From Octopus sinensis (taxonomy: Eukaryota): a stretch of DNA of 64,000 nt. The position numbers were made by a program, and so were the translations under genes. The stretch spans positions 67,456,001 to 67,520,000 of the forward strand of contig NC_043007.1 in the NCBI RefSeq assembly GCF_006345805.1, read 5' to 3'. The number at the start of each line of letters is the position of its first letter. Positions within the stretch are counted from its first letter, which is position 1. Below are positions 13,334 through 27,180 of this stretch, one piece after another. The notes under the pieces were generated by a model. That model saw only the letters and a list, made by a program, of their open reading frames with translations. It made no database searches and had not been told where the DNA came from.

Positions 13334-14219
13334 TACAAGGTGTTTGGGCTAAATTTGACAATTTTTTATGTCTCTGTTTTTCAAGAACAGCTTAACATTG
13401 ATGAATGGTTAATGGCATTGGAAAGATTAAAGTGGTAGTTATGAAAAAGTTACCCGACATGGAGGACTGGAAGCCATCTAAATAATGGTAAAGAGTTATC
13501 TATATCAGAATGATTTGCACTGGATATTAAAATGCCAACATGAATACTGCCCAATGTTCAGTGAAGACTGTAAGGCATGACAGGGATAGCTGCAAGGGAA
13601 ACTTCAAAGCCATGGCTAGCAGGAAGGGGCACAGTAGTCGTTCCGATTGTGTCCGCACACCAGAATTCACCTAGCAACTGCAGGACAAGGTGATAGAAGA
13701 TCTGAGCAAGGGAATCCGGGCTTTAGTGAAAGAGATGGATGTTGAAGTCACCACCATGAAACTGGCTTTCTACTGTTTGTACAAGAGGCAAATTCTGATG
13801 GCCAAGGAGAACTGCCTGACAAAGGCAAAGATGCTTCTGAACAATCTGAGGCATCTTGTTGAGTTAGGGATGATCTGGTTTACAGATGAAAAGAACATCT
13901 GCCAAGATCAGTTGCACAACACCCAGAAAAACATGTGGCTTACCTACAATCCATGATATCACACATATGAAACCAAGTTCCCCAAACTGTGATGGCTTTT
14001 GGGTTTATCTCTAGTGAGGGTGATGCCAGGCCACTCCACATCTTTGAACAGGGCTTTAGGCTCAATTCAAATAGCTATGTGAAGCGGCTGGAGACTGTAG
14101 TCAATCCTTGGCTAGAGATGATTGCTGCTGAAAGGCTTCATGTGTGGCAGCAGGATTTATCTCCTTGCCATACCTCCAAAAAGAGCCAGAAATGGTTACC
14201 AGAGAATTTCTTTGACCTC
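13334..14219 (+). mobile_element. Decayed maT (DD37D)-like Tc1/mariner fragment
   Basis: FTDEKN...N-x-Q, VMAFGFISSEG, VVNPWL, WQQDLSPCH-x-S; broken frames; third Asp region missing. Confidence 0.78.
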
Positions 14220-14641
14220 AGAAGTAATGTTTATCACCACATCAATATGGCTGTCCCGTAGGAACTGACATTACTACCGTTTTTAACCCCAAGAGGAACC
14301 TCCTCCAGCTGGTTATTGATGCAATCTGCACCTGGTGCAAGCAGGTGAGCAAACCCCTACCATCTTCAAGCAGATCTTATTTTTCTATACATTGTGAGCT
14401 GGAGCCGAGTACTGCTACCTCTAGCGGATGGGTGTCCACCACTGAGGATAAGCACAAATAGTTCAAAACTGTATGGTCTGGTGGTCCCGTCATCTGCTAG
14501 AAGTTCGTAGGGATTTGCTCCCCTGCTTGCAATATATATTGTGTGCAGATTGCATCGATAACCAGCTGAGGTTAAAAACAGTAGTAATGTCAGTTGCAAT
14601 GAAACAGACATACTGAAATGGTAATAAACATTACTTCTCAG
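14217..14641. repeat. Fold-back element, ~140-bp imperfect arms around a ~146-bp spacer
   Basis: agaagtaatgtttatcacca...cccctac pairs with gtagggatttgctc...tggtaataaacattacttct. Confidence 0.8.
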
Positions 14642-16902
14642 TATAATTACTACTTTCATCTCTTACAGATGTTATCTAACTAGCTACTTCACTTGTTCTT
14701 TGACTTCACTAACTCTAATTTCTAGTCTCCTAATTTGCCCAATTGTAATCCCATGGATTACTACATGTGAAGTGCAGTTGAAAAAGATAACAACCACTCT
14801 GCCTGCAACATCAGGGTCAAGATGAAGATATTCAAGGATCTTTCTAGGAATACAGGGGCCAGGTTCTGGAGCCGTCTTGAGGGCAGCTACTTTGTTCCAT
14901 TGTAGCTATCATATATGAGTTTTGTATATAAACATGCATTTTTCAACCCATCTTGACTTCAGTATACACAAACACAAAAAATTATTTCAGACTGCATTAC
15001 TTCATCCTCTGGTCTTTTACAACGAGACCAAAGCAAACTTATGACATTCTGTGACCAACACAGTAGAATAGCCATGTTAGATTATATTTTCACATAACAA
15101 TGCTGGAAGCACAAGTTCAAAGTGCATCTGACCATGCAATGGCTACTTGTACATTTTTTTGTTTAATGTTAGAGGGGGCCAACAGAAAGACAGGTGAAAA
15201 TATCTTGCTGGTTTCTGCTACAGAACAATGTAACAAGATGTCGCTTTGTTGATGGAATATCTAAAGAATCACAGTTTTCTAACTGAATATATAACATTCA
15301 TAGAATTGTTACAAAATGCCAAAGTTAAAAATGAGATAGTGATTCTGAAGTAATTCTAACAACTTTGGAAGAATTTAGTCAAATCATGCAACACCATGAG
15401 ACTGCAAGAATGCAGATTTTGGAAAGGTATTCATAAGATCATTGGTGGGAAAAACAAAACATGTCTGATTTGTGGTAGCATACCAAAGATTTAGCTTTAC
15501 TTTGAAAATGATTAAATGTTCAAAAATGTACCAGGAGCTTGAAACTAAACTGATCAGTGATCTATCCATAATGTACTTCAAATATTGCGAGGATTTTAAG
15601 AGAGTGGAACTGTTTGTGGAAAAAAAAAAAACTGCTAGAGCAGACAACTTTCAATCAAATTTCCTACAGGTATTTTAACTGCACCAAATTTCTCTTTCAA
15701 ATTATGAGTTCTAACCAATTACCAATTATGAGTTCCATTAATCTTTAGAAATTGTCTATTAGATTGTCACAGTAGTAATGCGAGAGAAAGGAAGTGGTAT
15801 CAGGGTTGTCATTTTACATAAGTTTCCTATGCAGGAATGCATTAAATAGGTTGCTATGGTCTGAGTCGCTTCTTATTTAGAGCTTATTGGTTTCCTAGAT
15901 GAGTTGGGGATCACATCTCAATAATATTTTCCTATATTGACATGGTTTTTATGGTTGGATGTCCTTCTTAATGCAAACGAATTTACAGAGTATATTGAAT
16001 GCTTTTTATCATGGTACTAATACTAGAACGGTTATCTTCTCTGTGTTGTCTCTACTCATTCAAGGCAATGTGATAGAGAAGATGAACAGAAGAGAACGAG
16101 AGCAAAGACGATGGTAAAAGAGATTATGAAGGAAGAGTTGATGATAGAGAAGTGGAGGTAATGCAAGAGCCTCAGAGATAGACAGCTGTACGTTGGTTGT
16201 TGATAGGGAGAATAAATAGAAAAACAGCATGAATTGGGCGGTGAAGAGAGTGATAGAAGGGTGACAGGTTGTTGGGAAGTGTGAGTGAAACAGGAGGGAG
16301 TAATATGGGAGAGAGAGTGATGGAAAGTAGTAAAGATGGATGATGGTAACAGAGAGAGAGTATTGATGTCAATAATGAAAGATAAGCAGGGAGAGTGAGA
16401 GAGAGAAGGTTAGCAATAAAGAAGTATAATGGACATTAAAGGACGACAAAGAATGATGATGAGGCTAGCAGGGATTCATTGTCGTCATCATACATTTTAT
16501 CATTCTTTCTAGTGTTAACAGAATTTGTTATGTAGATATTCTACAACCAGATGACACACCTGTTGCCCATATTCATGTTTTCCAAGTAAGGTAATTCACA
16601 CTTTAGCTGGACATGTTTTCACAGAAGGTTAGAAAGGAACAAACATTGCTTATACTGCAGTGATTCTCACACACATACATATGACAGGTTTCTTACAGTT
16701 TCTATCTATCAAATCCATTAACAAGGCTTTAGTTGGCCCAAAACTCAAAAGCATTTGCTCAAGGTGCCATGCAGTGGAACTGAACTAAAAGCTATGCCAT
16801 TAGCAAGCAAAATTTTCAACCACACAGCTGTGCCTGCACCAATACTGTATTTCAGAAATCATACATTTACTAGCACCTATGCAAAACTGTATATATATAT
16901 AT

Positions 16903-17286
16903 AGGTGCAGGAGTGGCTGTGTGGTAAGTAGCTTGCTTACCAACCTCAATGTTCTGGGTTCATTCCCACTGCGTGGCACCTTGGGCAAGTGTCTTCTACT
17001 ATAGCCTTGGGCCGATCCACACCTTGTGAGTGGATTTGGTAGATGGAAACTGAAAGAAGCCCGTCATATATATGTATGTATGTTTGAGTGTCTGTGTTTG
17101 TCCCCCCAACACCGCTTGACAACCGATGCTGGTGTGTTTACGTCCACGTAACTTAGCGGTTTGGCAAAAGAAACCGATAAAATAAGTACTAGGCTTACAA
17201 AGAATAAGTCCTGGGGTCGATTTGCTCGACTAAAGGCAGTGCTCCAGCATGGCCGCAGTCAAATGACTGAAACAAGTAAAAGAGTA
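16903..17286 (+). mobile_element. tRNA-derived SINE family A (~390 bp); other copies 8221-8622(-), 21312-21704(-), 25773-26154(-), 35148-35520(+), 36226-36672(-), 37900-38268(-), 39990-40328(-), 45643-46032(+), 51808-52175(+), 58560-59228(+, split), 60585-60940(-), plus many partials
   Basis: Head aggtgcaggagtggctgtgtggtaag (A box) ... gggttca(g/t)tcccac (B box); shared body ccttgggcaagtgtcttctactatagcc; tail atgactgaaacaagtaaaagag. Confidence 0.9.
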
Positions 17287-17757
17287 TATATATATATAAA
17301 TGTAGAGATGGTATTATTAAAATACCATTACAAGTGGTAAGCGAATTATCAGCCATACAGGAAAATCAATAAAATATATATATACAATATTAGATATGTT
17401 AAAAAGAAAAAAGACCCCCTTCGGTCATGAATGACCATGGGATTGCACCTAGAAAGTTACCCTCCTAGACACAAGTCCGGGCAGGGTTGTTTATGGAAGA
17501 CCAGCAGTCGCCCATGCATACCAGCCTCCCCTCTCCACGCCACCAGTGTTATCCAAGGGAAAGACAAAGGTCGATACAGCTTGGCACCAGTGATGTCGCA
17601 ACTCATTTCTACAGCTGAGTGAATTGGAGCAACGTGAAATAAAGTGCCTTGCTCAAGAACACAACACGCAGCCCGGTCCGGGATTCGAGCTCACAACCTC
17701 ACGATCATAAGCTTGACGCTCTAACCACTGAGCCATGCGCCTTCATTTAATTAGATA

Positions 17758-17797
<40 letters not shown>

Positions 17798-18254
17798 AGG
17801 GTACTACATGAGTACCTACATCGCTAAAAAATAGAAGTCAAAAAATACTTCTATACCACTGAATGGTCAAATCTATTGCAGGAATGATAGGAAATAAAAT
17901 ATATATATATACATACACATAATTCTGTATTTGTACAGAATTTCTGTAGTATACAAAACCAAATGTAAGCAATAAAGAAAGGAACATGAAATAAACAATA
18001 TTTTATAAACGATATGTTTAACAGTTATGTTTTCAAGTATATGTAATATACAAAATATAGGTATAACAACAGTGATTAGAAAATGTCCTTGAGATATATA
18101 TATGTATATAGATAAGTATACAAGATAGAAACTTTTTTTAAATTACAATAACTCTATTAACTCTCCAAAATGAAAGAACTCTGGAGAGATATTTGAGCTG
18201 TTGGTCGATTCACAGTTTAAACTGTGGAAAAAGTCAATTAGTTAGGTGTGAGTT

Positions 18255-18258
18255 TGCA

Positions 18259-18290
<32 letters not shown>

Positions 18291-18358
18291 CACATACATA
18301 CATATATATACACATGCACATATATACATATAAATACATATATATATAAAAATAAATA

Positions 18359-18435
<77 letters not shown>

Positions 18436-18468
18436 CTAAATATATATATATATATATATGCATATATA

Positions 18469-18517
<49 letters not shown>

Positions 18518-18570
18518 TATATATATATAGATAGATAGATAGATATATATATATATATATATATATAGAT
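18255..18570. repeat. Large compound (AT)n/(TG)n/(AGAT)n microsatellite; others at 10938-11075, 18826-18960, 20150-20192, 25322-25410, 31468-31492, 53481-53505
   Basis: Direct inspection; explains the YIYI/CVCV/THTH ORFs. Confidence 0.97.
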
Positions 18571-18885
18571 ATTATTATACAGGGCTGGCCAAAAGTCACC
18601 TGACAATAAATCAAAACCATTCAATGCCAACATTAAAACAAAAAGTTATTTTATATGCAACTTCGCTAATATATAGACAAATGTAGAAAAAAAGAAACAA
18701 AGAAACTGATTTTAACTCACAGTATTCAATTATTAAACATTCATAATTGGAATGAATAAATAAAATTGAATATTAATTATTTGTGGAATTTTGATTTACT
18801 CTCAGTTCATTTTTGGCCAAACCTGTATATATATATATACACACACACACATATACATACATACACACATATTTATGCATGTATG

Positions 18886-18938
<53 letters not shown>

Positions 18939-19290
18939 ACATACACATACACACACATACATGAAATAAAGAACTAATGTTAATTGATATGTTCTACAGT
19001 CACAATGAAGAGTATGTCAGTGTGACACTAGATTTGAACTTATAGCCTTACCTTTGTCCCTTTCCCATCATGTTTTTAGTGGAATTGTTGTGGAACATAA
19101 ATGTCTGCTGTAAGCCACAAAATTAAAAATGTATTCTGCACGATATAAAAATATTACGTCAAGGAAAAAGTTTGTGTGTTGAGTTAAAATAATGCTTTTT
19201 TATATATTTTTTGGTGTGTATGTTCATTCAGTTCATTATTTTAACACGGTGCACAAACTTTTTCCTCAACCTAGTATATTCAAGATTCTT

Positions 19291-19412
19291 TCACCAAAAA
19301 TTCATCCTTTTGCGGGTTCTTTCGAGAACATCTGATATCAAGCTACCACTGGTATCCAAGGACTCAGAGATAGCATCTTTATCTAAAGCGCTTTTTCGAT
19401 AAATTGAGTCAA
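19291..19412 (-). CDS. MDM1: MDM1 terminal coding exon (FDSIYRKSALD...DVLERTRKRMNFW*)
   Basis: Acceptor ttattttctttcag, phase 1; L-x-R-x-x-K-R-x-(x)-NFW matches the MDM1 C-terminus as recalled; TGA at 19291-19293. Confidence 0.88.
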
Positions 19413-20147
19413 CTGAAAGAAAATAAATAGTAATTGTTATGTAGACAAAAATTAAATATTTCAGATTAGTTTACAAAAGATACATATGGCCTTTATTTTT
19501 ACTATTTAAATTTTTTTTCCTTTCCTATCAATCTTGAGCCCCATGCTAGTAGGGTGCTAAGAGTACCATCCAAGCGTGATCATTGCCAGAGTGGATAATT
19601 GGCTTCCGTGCAGGTGGCACGTAAAAGGCACCATTCGAGCATGATCGTTACCAGCATCGCCTTACTGGCACCTGTGCCAGTGGCATATGTAAAAAGATTC
19701 GAGCGAGGTCTTTGCCAGTACCGCCTGACCAGCCCCCATGCCGATGGCACGTAAAAGCACCCACTACACTCTCAGAATGGTTGGCGTTAGGAAGGGCATC
19801 CAGCTGTAGAAACTCTGCCAGATCAAGATTGGAGCCTGGTGCAGCCATCTGGTTCACCAGCCCTCACTCAGATCGTCCAACCCATGCTAGCATGGAAAGC
19901 GGATGTTAAACAATGATGATGATGATGATTAATAGTAATCCTTGGTTCTTCTATCTCTCCAAATGTTGCCAAAAATAGTAAATACATCATTTCAATCTTG
20001 CTTCCCCACACTGCCACCACCATCATCAACTGACAGTGTCTTTGCAATGGTACTGAACTCGTAATCATGGACAAACTTCTTAACCACAAAGGCTTGTGCC
20101 TTGATTGTGCCTATAATTCACTCACACACCAATGCACAAATATCTGC

Positions 20148-20194
<47 letters not shown>

Positions 20195-23100
20195 TATATT
20201 CATGTTTATTATTGAATTGTATGTGAAAGAAAAAAACATAAAATGGTTAACTTAAGCTTTCAACAAACAGAAAATGATAACATAAGTGTGAGACTGGGGT
20301 GGTGGTGGTGGTCAAGATGATTGACTAAAGATCATCTTTTCATCCAACCAAAAATAATAAAAACTCTCGATGTTTCCTAATTCTTAATTAAACTAGGATT
20401 TCAGTCCATCACAGGATTAACTATTAGCTGGTACTAATTTTCAGCTGAGTTGACTGGGGTAACACGAAACAAAGTATCATGCTCAAGGGAAAAACATGCA
20501 ACCTAACTGATATTTGAACTTGTCATCGTGAGTCCAACAATCTGACCACTAGGCTACATGTCCTTCACACACACAGACAAACAAAGCAAATGGATAGAAA
20601 CAGGGTGGTACGTAAACAAATGCAACAAATATTAAAGTTGTGCTACATTCATTCTTTGTCTTTTTCCTTATCTTATATGTTACTCAACAAAATTCTTACA
20701 CGCTTGTTTTATCAGTGAAAGACATCTCAAGTTCCAACACTAGTGGATTTGTAAATTACCTAAATTCCAGTACTGAAGTGTAGATAGCCAGGAGTTCATG
20801 TCAAGTGCTGCATTAGGAATATAACATATTTTTACCCAATCCAAACCTACACTATATTTATATGCATACACTCACACCCAAACTCCCCACCTACACACAC
20901 ACACATGTGTGTGTAGGTGTGTGTGCATGTATGATCATTTAACATTAATTTTTCCTTGCTGGCATGGGCTGGACAGTTCAATACAAACAGATGAGCCAGA
21001 GGGTTTGGTTTCTACAGCTGGATGCCTGTCTTAATACCAACCAATTCACAGAGTGTACAAGGTGTACATTGATAAGAAATACAGAAAACATGTTTATAAA
21101 GGCAATAAACATGTTTATAAATGCATTTTATTGCTTTATAATGTGGCTGCTCAAACTCTGCCACTCTGCCCACCTGTGATAATATGGCAGTTTCTAAATT
21201 GCTTGAAATATCTGAGTAGAGGGTAGAACTATTTACCAGCCCTCCAAAATTTGTTAATGTGTTATCTAATGCATCTATACTTATAAATTGTAAATACATA
21301 TGTACGTATACTCTTTTACTTGTTTCAGTCATTTGATTGCGGCCATGCTGGAGCACCACCTTTAATCGAGCAACTCGACCCCGGGACTTATTCTTTTGTA
21401 AGCCCAGTACTTATTTTATCGGTCTCTTTTGCTGAACCGCTAAGTAACGGGGACATAAACACACCAGCATTAGTTGTCAAGCAATGCTAGGGGGACAAAC
21501 ACACACACGCATATATATATATATATATATACATACACATATATACGACAGGCTTCTTTCAGTTTCCGTCTACCAAATCCACTCACAAGGCTTTGGTCGG
21601 CCCGAGGCTATAGTAGAAGACACTTGCCCAAGGTGCCACACAGTGGGACTGAACCCGGAATCATGTGGTTGGTAAACAAGCTACTTACCACACAGCCACT
21701 CCTGTGCTTATGTGTGTATATATATATATAATATATATATACATATATATATATTATATTAATCTCATGATTTAGGGGAAAACAAATTCACTGACCATTT
21801 GGGTCCCTGCTAAAATACTCATCTCAAACACATTTCCACAGTATGAAGAGATGTTAAGACAGATGGTGTACTTACACTTTGGGTGAGGGCGTACATTGTA
21901 AGTGTCACTGAAATGTTCATAGTGTGGGTGGAGGCCATTAGTCAGGTTTGATCTGGCGACATTCTTGAAAGGTAAATTTTCTTGAGACTTCAAAGGCTTT
22001 GTCCTTTTGCTGGAACTACTTTTGTTAGCTAGAAACAGATTGAAAGATTAAAGCATGATGATGGTGATGATGATGATGATGATAATGATGATGATGACAA
22101 CAATAACAACAACAATATTTTTTCCAAATTTGGGTATCATTTCCTCATGAACAAACATGTTTTTGAGGAAGATGGGAAATTAGGAATTCCGCTTGTATGA
22201 TGGTGATGTTTGTTTATAACTATCCTGTAATGTCAAGACTAGGAGACTCAAATACACACACATATACACAGATATACATGTGTGTGTGTGTATATACATA
22301 TATGTTGTTGTTTGTTCCTTCTTGAGCCATGCCTGGCTCATAAGGGCCAGTCTCTTGGTTTCATTGGCGTATGGGTTCCCCACCTGGATGGGACGCTGGT
22401 CCGTCACAGGTGAGCTGCTAGATGCAGGAGGAAAGAGTGAGAGAAAGTTGTGGTGGAAAAGTCAGCAGTAGCTTGCCATTACCTTCTGCTGGAGCCACGT
22501 GGAGCTTCGGTATTTTGCTCATAACCACACACATTGCCTGGTCTGAGATCTGAACCTGCAATCTCTGGACTGTGAGTCCACTGCTCTAACCACTAGGCCA
22601 TGTGCCTCCACTAAGCCATGTGTGTGTGTGTGTTTGTGAAGCTTTGTTTTGACACCAGTTTTAGTCTTCCATAAAAATAAAACATGTCTAGGCCAAGGGG
22701 AAATATTACTGAGCTTGGAGACAGGTAGGGGTGATGACATGAAGGATATCCAGCTATAGAAATCTGCCTCGACTAATTTCAACTGACCCATGCAAACATG
22801 GAAACGTGGAGAGCCTATCAAATCTGCTCACAATGTTTTGGTCAGTCTGGTGCTATAGTAGGTGACACTTGCCCAAAGAGCCATGCAATGGGACTGAACT
22901 TAAATGTCCGTGGTTGGGAAGCAAACTCCTTAACCACACAGCCATGCTTGCAAGCACCATAACCTAATTAGCATTTAAACTGGTCACATCCAACCCAAAT
23001 ATTCTTCCTGTTTTATGTTCAACCAACCATATCCAGCCTCTCACTCCTACCCTACAATGTCATTCTAAAAATAAACAATCACATTTTCAAAATCTTGAAG

Positions 23101-23588
23101 CTACAAGATACTACATGATTAATTTTGAAAAATGTGGATAAATAAGCATTACATTGGATAAATTAATCTGAATGCTAAAGGGTTAAGGAACGTAAAAAGC
23201 ACCATCCGATCATGGCTGTTGCCAGCCTCGCCTGGCCCCCGTGCCGGTGGCATGTAAAAATCACCATCCGATCGTGGCCGTTTGCCAGCTCTGTCTGGCA
23301 CATAAAAAGCACCCACTACACTCACGGAGTGGTTGGCGTTAGGAAGGGCATCCAGCCGTAGAAACATTGCCAGATCAGACTGGGCCTGGTGCAGCCTTCT
23401 GGCTTCCCAGACCCCGGTTGAACAGTCCAACCCATGGAAAGCGGACGCTAAATGATGATGATGATGATAAGACAGTGATCACTTTTCACCTTTGAAGACA
23501 TGTGAAATAAAAGATCTCTTATTTGAAAAACAGGTAAGGGATTGTAACATGAAGGGTATCTGGCAGTAAAATATTGTCTTAATAAGGC

Positions 23589-23668
23589 CTAACCCATGAT
23601 AGGGTCTAACCCATGATAGGGTCTAACCCATGATAGGGTCTAACCCATGATAGGGTCTAACCCATGAC
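23589..23668. repeat. 17-bp minisatellite (ctaacccatgatagggt) x ~4.7
   Basis: Units at 23589, 23606, 23623, 23640, 23657. Confidence 0.95.
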
Positions 23669-23706
23669 AGCATGATAAAACTGATAAAAATGAATAAATT
23701 ACTTAC

Positions 23707-23878
23707 ATTTATCTACTTTGGTGGAAGCAGTTGGTGCATACGTGGATAGGAAAGACTGATAAGATTTCTTTGAGGGTGCAGAATTTGGTAATGCTTTTTG
23801 GTGCTGTTGCATCATCGCGGGTTTATTTTTGCTTGATTTACCAAATAATGGAGTTTTAGCAAACATACTGTCACATGA
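23707..23878 (-). CDS. MDM1: MDM1 exon (SCDSMFAKTPLFGKSSKNKP...STKVDK)
   Basis: Acceptor aatttcattgtag, donor T|gtaagt; 172 nt open, phase 0->1. Confidence 0.8.
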
Positions 23879-24380
23879 CTACAATGAAATTTAAAATAAA
23901 AAATGAGATATTCTTGTTAAAGAAACACACTACAAACTATATCCTTCAAAACTTCCATGCTTCCTGAGATTCGCCAACACTACACCTGATTTTCTCCCCT
24001 CCATACACACGCAAGCATGTATCTGACTCATACACTGTTCACTTCCCAGACATTTGTACATTACTGCATATGCTTTATATGCACTTTTGAGAAGTTGTGG
24101 TGTGTTGTGGTGCACCTGAGCACTGTATACAATAATTTCATTATTATTTTTTATTATCATATAGATTTATCTGGTTAATATTTTGATTTTATCATCTGTT
24201 CAAACCTTATTACAATTATTGTGTTGTGAGTCTCAGCCTGCACCATAGACAATAAGATCATAACCCACAAGTTAAAAAAAAGAAGCCTCTATGTTGTCTC
24301 TCAAACTGCTAGAAATAGTAGTTAAATGCCCTGCAAATTACTTCCAAGTATTTTGAAAAAGGAGACACACTTTAGACATA

Positions 24381-25320
24381 CAAGGGTAGGCCGAAAAGTT
24401 CATATGAAGGAGTGATACTAGAGCTGTAAAATCTTGCATGCATTAACCCTTTAGCATTTAAACCGGCCATATCGGCCAAAAGTATTCTACTTGTTTTATG
24501 TTCAAACTGGCCATATCTGGTCTCTTAAACCAACCCTACAATATCGTTTTAAAAATTAACAGCTACCTCATCAAAATCTCATAGCTACAAGATAATACAT
24601 GATTAGTTCAAAACAATGTGGATAAAAAAGGATTAGTTTTGGCAGAATAATGTGAACACTAAAGGGTTAATTTCAATGCTTCTTCTTAATAACTACATTG
24701 TTTCATTCCACTAAACTGACTTCTGACCATTCAAAAAATACTTCAAAAGTAACTGGTAGTAACTTCTTTTGAAAATGGACAAAATTTGGCATCGTAGTAT
24801 CAAGTACTTGCAGAAAAAGGCTTTAGCCCCCCCCCCCAATCCATTCATGTTGACATGGTTGCTACATTAGGGGATGACAATCCAGCTTTATCAACAGTAC
24901 AAAAGTAGGTAGCTGAATTTAGGAGGGGAAGAGAGAGTCTTGATGATGACCCAAGGTCTGGACACCCTGCAACTGCCACCATCAAGGAAAACATTGATTG
25001 TGTTCACCACATAGATATGAATGAGAGGCAACTGACTATAAATCAAATAGCCAATGCTATTAGCATATCCTGTGAGAAAGTTGAGAACATTCTGCACAAT
25101 GAACTTGGCATGACAAAGGTTTCTTTCTACTCAGTGGGTGCCATGTCTTCTGAAACTTGATCAAAGCATACAAGAAAATCTGACATTGTTTGAGGCAGAT
25201 CCTGCAGGTTTCCTTGATCATTTCCTAACCCATGATGAATATTGACTTCTTTACTCTGAGCCAGAAACAAAGAGACAATCCATGCAGTGGAAACAACCCT
25301 CCTCACCTGCTCCAAAGAAA
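24381..25320 (+). mobile_element. 5' part of an irritans-like mariner, truncated at a (TG)n tract and interrupted by a MITE
   Basis: MDKIWHR..IKYL..., F-RRGRESLDDDPRSG, FLTHDE, PETKRQSMQWK; frameshifted. Confidence 0.82.
24447..24666. mobile_element. 220-bp piggyBac-like MITE family 1; other copies 9319-9484, 22963-23182, 31854-32059, 59333-59552, split copy ~52925-53357, partial 7420-7546 and 43440-43630
   Basis: TTAA|CCCTTTAG...CTAAAGGG|TTAA termini; shared internal sequence. Confidence 0.88.
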
Positions 25321-25366
25321 TGTGTATATGTGTGTGTGTGTGTGTGTGTATGTGTGTGCACACATG

Positions 25367-25417
<51 letters not shown>

Positions 25418-26413
25418 AAATATCATTTATAAGAAAAGGTAGTACCCATAACTCTTTTCAGACACTCTGAAACTGGTGGAAGGAAGGTATGACCTGGTCT
25501 GAATGTTTGAACTCCTCTAAGGGCACTCATGTGATAGTTTAAGTCTGTCACCCAAAATGTTTGCCTTAATTACCAATGAAATGTGTTGAAATTGGTTTTT
25601 ATAGAAAAAGAAGAAATGTATTCGTTTCTTGTGAAACAGCATAAAAGATGCCCCACCTCCTTCTAGAGCAATATCAGGAAAGAGAAATGCTTTCTACTGG
25701 ATCTAAATTACATTACCTAAACAGCTGTTTAGGAACTTAATTTTTATCTACAGGGTTCAGCAAGTATTTGTCTTTCATTTGCTTCAGTCATTAGACTACA
25801 GCCATGCTGGGGCACAGCCTTGAAGAATTTTTTTAGTAAAATGAATCAACCCCAGTACTTATTTTTTGTTAAGCTTGGTACTCATTCTATCAGTCTCTTT
25901 TGCCAAACTGCTAAGTTACAGAGGTGTAACCACACCAACACAAGTTGTCAAGCAGTTGTGTGGAACAAACACAAAGACACACATGCACATATATATGACA
26001 GAGTTCTTTTCAGTTTCCATCTACCAAATCCATTCACAAGGCTTTGGTCAGCCTGAGGCTCTAGTATAAGACACTTGCCCAAGGAACCACACTGTGGGAC
26101 TGAACCCAGAACTATGTGGTTGGGAGGCAAGCTTCTTACCACAAGGCCATGCCTAAATATTAATTTATAGCATAAACAGATTCCACACATTCTCTATGTG
26201 GGTAAACACCAATATATCAACTGGTACTTTACTGTACTGAGTCCTAGAGGGATTAAAGACAATGCAAAACTAGGAAGGATTTGAACTCAGAACATAAAGA
26301 AAAGAGAGTAAATACTACAAGGGGTTTAATGTATTGTTCTTCCATTTCTGCTGTTCACCACCTCTTAAATATATTAAATTCAAATATTAAAAATCCTTGT
26401 AATATTAACTTAC

Positions 26414-26478
26414 TTTAAAAACTTGCTTTGGTTTTCGATAATTTTCTGATACCTTGGAAGCCAAATCTAGATGATAAA
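26414..26478 (-). CDS. MDM1: MDM1 65-nt exon (FYHLDLASKVSENYRKPKQVFK)
   Basis: Acceptor tttttatcattccag, donor AAA|gtaagt; phase 1->0. Confidence 0.8.
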
Positions 26479-26584
26479 CTGGAATGATAAAAAGAAAAGT
26501 TGAAAGATACTAGAATGTATAAATTCCAACACATTAATTAACAGCAATTGTCTATATAAGAAGAATTTATTAAACGATACTTAC

Positions 26585-27180
26585 ACTCATCATCAGCATC
26601 AATATGGCACTTATCATTTTCAGTTTTGTTTTCAGTTTTTGATGGATCTGATTTAGTTTTAAAATATTTAGATTCTGTGATCAGATCTTCATCTATTTGT
26701 TGAATCTGATCACTCAATTTATTATCACTGACTGGTGTTGTAGACGAAGGTTGGTATTCAATTGATAATTCAGAGTTATTTCCTTTGGGTAACTGTAAAT
26801 GATTTGTCTTCATAATTCTTCTCTTTGTTCCATTTGGACAACTTGAACCATTTTTATTCATCATTTCAGTGATTGATTCTACCACACGTATATCAGCAGT
26901 TTCTTCCTTATCAGTTACTGGGTTTTCATTTTCATTTCCATCTAAATTCTGTTCCTCCTCTATGCTGATTGTTAGTGTCTCAGTTTTCCCAGAATCATTG
27001 TCATATTCTTGATCTTTTATATCCTGGTGATTATCGTCATCATCTTTCACCAATTTAGAATGCTTGTTACCAGGAACTAATGCTTCTTCAACCTCTTCTA
27101 ACACAATTTTACATTCTTTATTGGCACTTGGTGATAAACCTCTGAATTTATTTTTGTTTTTAAAAGAAAACATTTCTGGC
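26585..27180 (-). CDS. MDM1: MDM1 large low-complexity acidic exon (PEMFSF...HIDADDE)
   Basis: Acceptor ctgttcttccag, donor T|gtaagt; 596 nt, phase 2->1; lies within the 224-aa ORF of the track. Confidence 0.85.

Noticed and set aside
14650-15700. Fragments with faint similarity to LINE RT (APEPGPCIP...FFNC, -) and hAT-like text (+)
   Set aside because: Too decayed to assign by eye; would need TBLASTN/HMM searches
18234-18973. ORFs reading [18 protein letters not shown] (also 10874-11173, 20067-20255, 25127-25470)
   Set aside because: Translations of dinucleotide microsatellites
20760-20807. Possible 48-nt phase 1-1 exon (LDMNSWLSTLQYWNL, - strand)
   Set aside because: Mediocre acceptor and no similarity to MDM1 as recalled; unsupported without RNA data
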